From Camelus ferus (taxonomy: Eukaryota), in contig NC_045696.1 of NCBI RefSeq assembly GCF_009834535.1, positions 11,286,001 through 11,350,000 of the forward strand: DNA of 64,000 nucleotides, read 5' to 3'. The translations under genes and the position numbers were made by a program. Position 1 is the stretch's first letter. Each line of letters begins with the position of its first letter. The notes under the pieces are model-generated. The model was not told where the DNA came from. It did no database searches and saw only the letters and a list, made by a program, of their open reading frames with translations. Shown in pieces: positions 61,346 to 64,000 of this stretch.

Positions 61346-62559
61346 AATCTAAACATCCTTTTTAAAATAAAATTCATTTAAAAAAAAGCGTGGTCTCTGA
61401 TCTTACAGAATTACTCTGTAAAGTAGGAATAAGAAAACTGACTGATAGGGAGGTTTTGAGGTCTAATGACAAGCTTGGAAATGATTTTACACAAGGTTGG
61501 TGCTTGATAGCTAATGAATAAAAGGTTATTTTCCTCTTCACTGATTTCCATCGATCTCATGTCCATACTTTTATCTACATATCCAAATATCCAAATATCT
61601 AGTGATCATTTACTTATGATCCTATGTGTAGTAGGATATTTGCAAATATTCTGGTTCAAGTTTGCTTCTAGGCACTTGGAGGGATTGCATTTCCCTGCCA
61701 TATTTGAAGTTAGGTGTGGCCATGGATCTGTTTTGGCCAGTGGAACCCAAACAGAAGTGCTGTGCGTCCTGATGGGTGGGAGCTTTCAGCACAAGTGTGC
61801 AAGTCACCGCTTAAACTTTTCCTCACTTGGATGTCAGTCAAAGTGTATCCAGGGAATTGGAACCACTACAAATGCTATGGGATAAGGAATCAGACCTTTA
61901 CACAGTGGTGGGAGGGACTGGGGGAGTGAAGATTTGGAAGGGAGAGTTAGAAGATTAGAGATGAAGTTACTAACCAGTCTTCCTGAAGCCCTGGTGTGAG
62001 TAGGCAAGCTGGAGCTTTCAGGGGAATCTGAAAGGCTTGGTGTATCAAACCACCAAAGTAGGACCAAGAATAGGGAGCTTCTGGAGTTGTCCATGGGAAG
62101 TTGCTGTCTGAGTGCATCTGCCACTAAGTCTGACAGTGAGCCTGGGGCCACTGTTGGTCATTGGGATCTACATTCTGGAAGATGAGCTGGATGTGGAACA
62201 GAGGAAGCAAGGACAAGCTGAGATCCCTTAGGCACCTCTGTATTTGCTGTTTCAGCATCTAATGATGTTCTGTTGAGATAATTGTGCTGGTTCACTTCTG
62301 CCTCGAAATCTTTTTGCAAATCCTGTTTTTGACCAATTTTAGCCCAGAACTATACAGGGAAGAGAATTCTGGAAGTGAAATGTCCAATTTAGTGGTCAAT
62401 CCAGTACAATTTACTATCTTTGTATCTACACACACCTCTTTAAACTATTACTTCTGTATAAAGACAGTAGAAAAATAATGCTTCCACCTATCTTGATAAA
62501 CAACTACATGTGTACAACCAAAACCATGCTAACTTATCACCCAAACAGCGTACATAGTC

Positions 62560-63395
62560 TCCAGAGTTTTTGATGAGAAATCAGATATATTCAAATCTTT
62601 GTTCCCTTATATGTAATAGGTCATTTTCTTCTGGCTTCTTTCAAGATTTTCTCTTTATTTTTATTTTTGGCATTTAACTATGGTGTACCTAGGTATGGGT
62701 TTCTTCATATTTATTCATATTTACCCTGTTTAGAATTTGCTGAGCTTCCTCAATCTGTAAATTTATATCTTTCATCAAATTTGGGAAATTTTCATACATT
62801 ATTTATTAAGATACTTTCTGTGCCCCAACTTCTCTCACCTCTCTTGAGACTCTAACTATATGTATATTAAATCTGTGATCATTTTTAAACTGGTTCCTGA
62901 GGGTCTGTTAATTTTTCAGGATTTTTTCCTGTAGTGTTTTTTTTTTTCCCCAGAATGAACAATTTCTATGGCTCTGTCTTCAAGTCCATTGACTCTGTTA
63001 TTTCCATTCTACTTTCAAGTACATACAACGGACTTTTAATTCCAGATATTGTGTTTTTCAGTTCTAGAACTTCTATTTAGCTCTTTTTTTTATGGCTTCT
63101 AGTTCTCTGTTTTACTTTAAGTCAGTGAATGTAGTTCAAAAGCCATTTAAAAACCCAAGACTGCTAATTTCAACATCTGTTTCATTCCTATTGACTGACT
63201 TATCTCTTGAAATGTCTCTTGAGGCATTTCCTTGGTTCTTCATATGTTGAGTAATTTTTTTCAATTATACCCTGGATATTACAAAGTTTCTGTTGTGGAA
63301 TTCTGGAATTTGTTATATTCTTTCACAGAGAGTTAACTTATTATTTGCTTTCTTTGTTTTAGCATCATAATTTGATTGAACTCAAACTACAAACT
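62560..63395 (-). mobile_element. L1ME-like ORF1 region remnant
   Basis: tgatgagaaatcag...tttcaagattttctcttt...caaatttgggaaattttca...ttttcagttctagaacttctattt. Confidence 0.8.
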
Positions 63396-63439
63396 CCCTT
63401 TTAATGCCCCCAAGCCCTATTCCTGGTATAGCTCTTTTA

Positions 63440-63605
63440 ATTGCATGGCAATTATAGACTTAAGTGTGAATCTCTCCTCTACTAAACTGTAAGCTTGTTG
63501 AAGTTAGTAACTGGGTTTTATTCAACTTTGAGTCCTTCAAGTACAGGTTCGTGTTGCACACAATGAACCTGCTACAGTGCTGAATACATGAATGGAATAA
63601 TGAAC
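63440..63605 (+). mobile_element. L2 3' end
   Basis: actaaactgtaagcttgttgaag...tgctgaatacatgaatggaat. Confidence 0.65.
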
Positions 63606-64000
63606 CATGTAACCCAGGAAATATCCACCAAACCAGAACACTGTTATGAAGAAGACCCAGGAACCAGGAGGGGAAAGCTGAGAGTCTTTTGTGTATATAT
63701 TAACTTCTATCTTCTGATGCTTGGTGTAAGTTTCAATTGTAATAGATGGTCAAGAATCTGGACCTCAGCTACATTAAATCTTCAATATTTGCATACTCAT
63801 CTATTACTCCCTACAGAGTACACATGATAGCAAAGCCTCATTATAAGAAAATAATTAAAACGCAGATAGTGATTGTTCAATCATTACTTTAGCTGTATTT
63901 CCATACTGTGGAATTAATCTAAAAGGTATAAAAAGAAATCACAATTCAAATCCACAACTCAAGCTTATTTTATTCATTTATTCAATGAACATTTGAGCAC

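Overview
This is mammalian intergenic or deep-intronic DNA, very probably from a camelid (alpaca, llama or camel). The evidence is four tRNA-Ala(AGC)-headed SINEs matching the camelid vic-1 family and several artiodactyl-type L1 3' ends. I find no credible protein-coding gene. The only ORFs with recognisable homology are L1 ORF2 remnants, and the rest are chance ORFs. Much of the window is transposable elements: L1 fragments of many ages, L2, MIR, MaLR/MLT and ERVL LTRs, ERV1-type solo LTRs (most with 4-bp TSDs) and hAT DNA transposons (MER5, MER20, MER45, MER58, Charlie4). The most interesting items are regulatory or evolutionary: a MER41-like LTR with one intact STAT/GAS site, repeat-free motif-dense islands resembling enhancers (best at 39.4-39.9 kb), a very young L1 with a perfect 17-bp TSD, ultra-short L1 insertions, a 186-bp mini LTR, and a CpG-rich, apparently error-laden first 300 bp. 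I see no support for a novel biological system. Subfamily names are recalled from memory of consensus sequences and need RepeatMasker/Dfam confirmation. Boundaries without a TSD are approximate.
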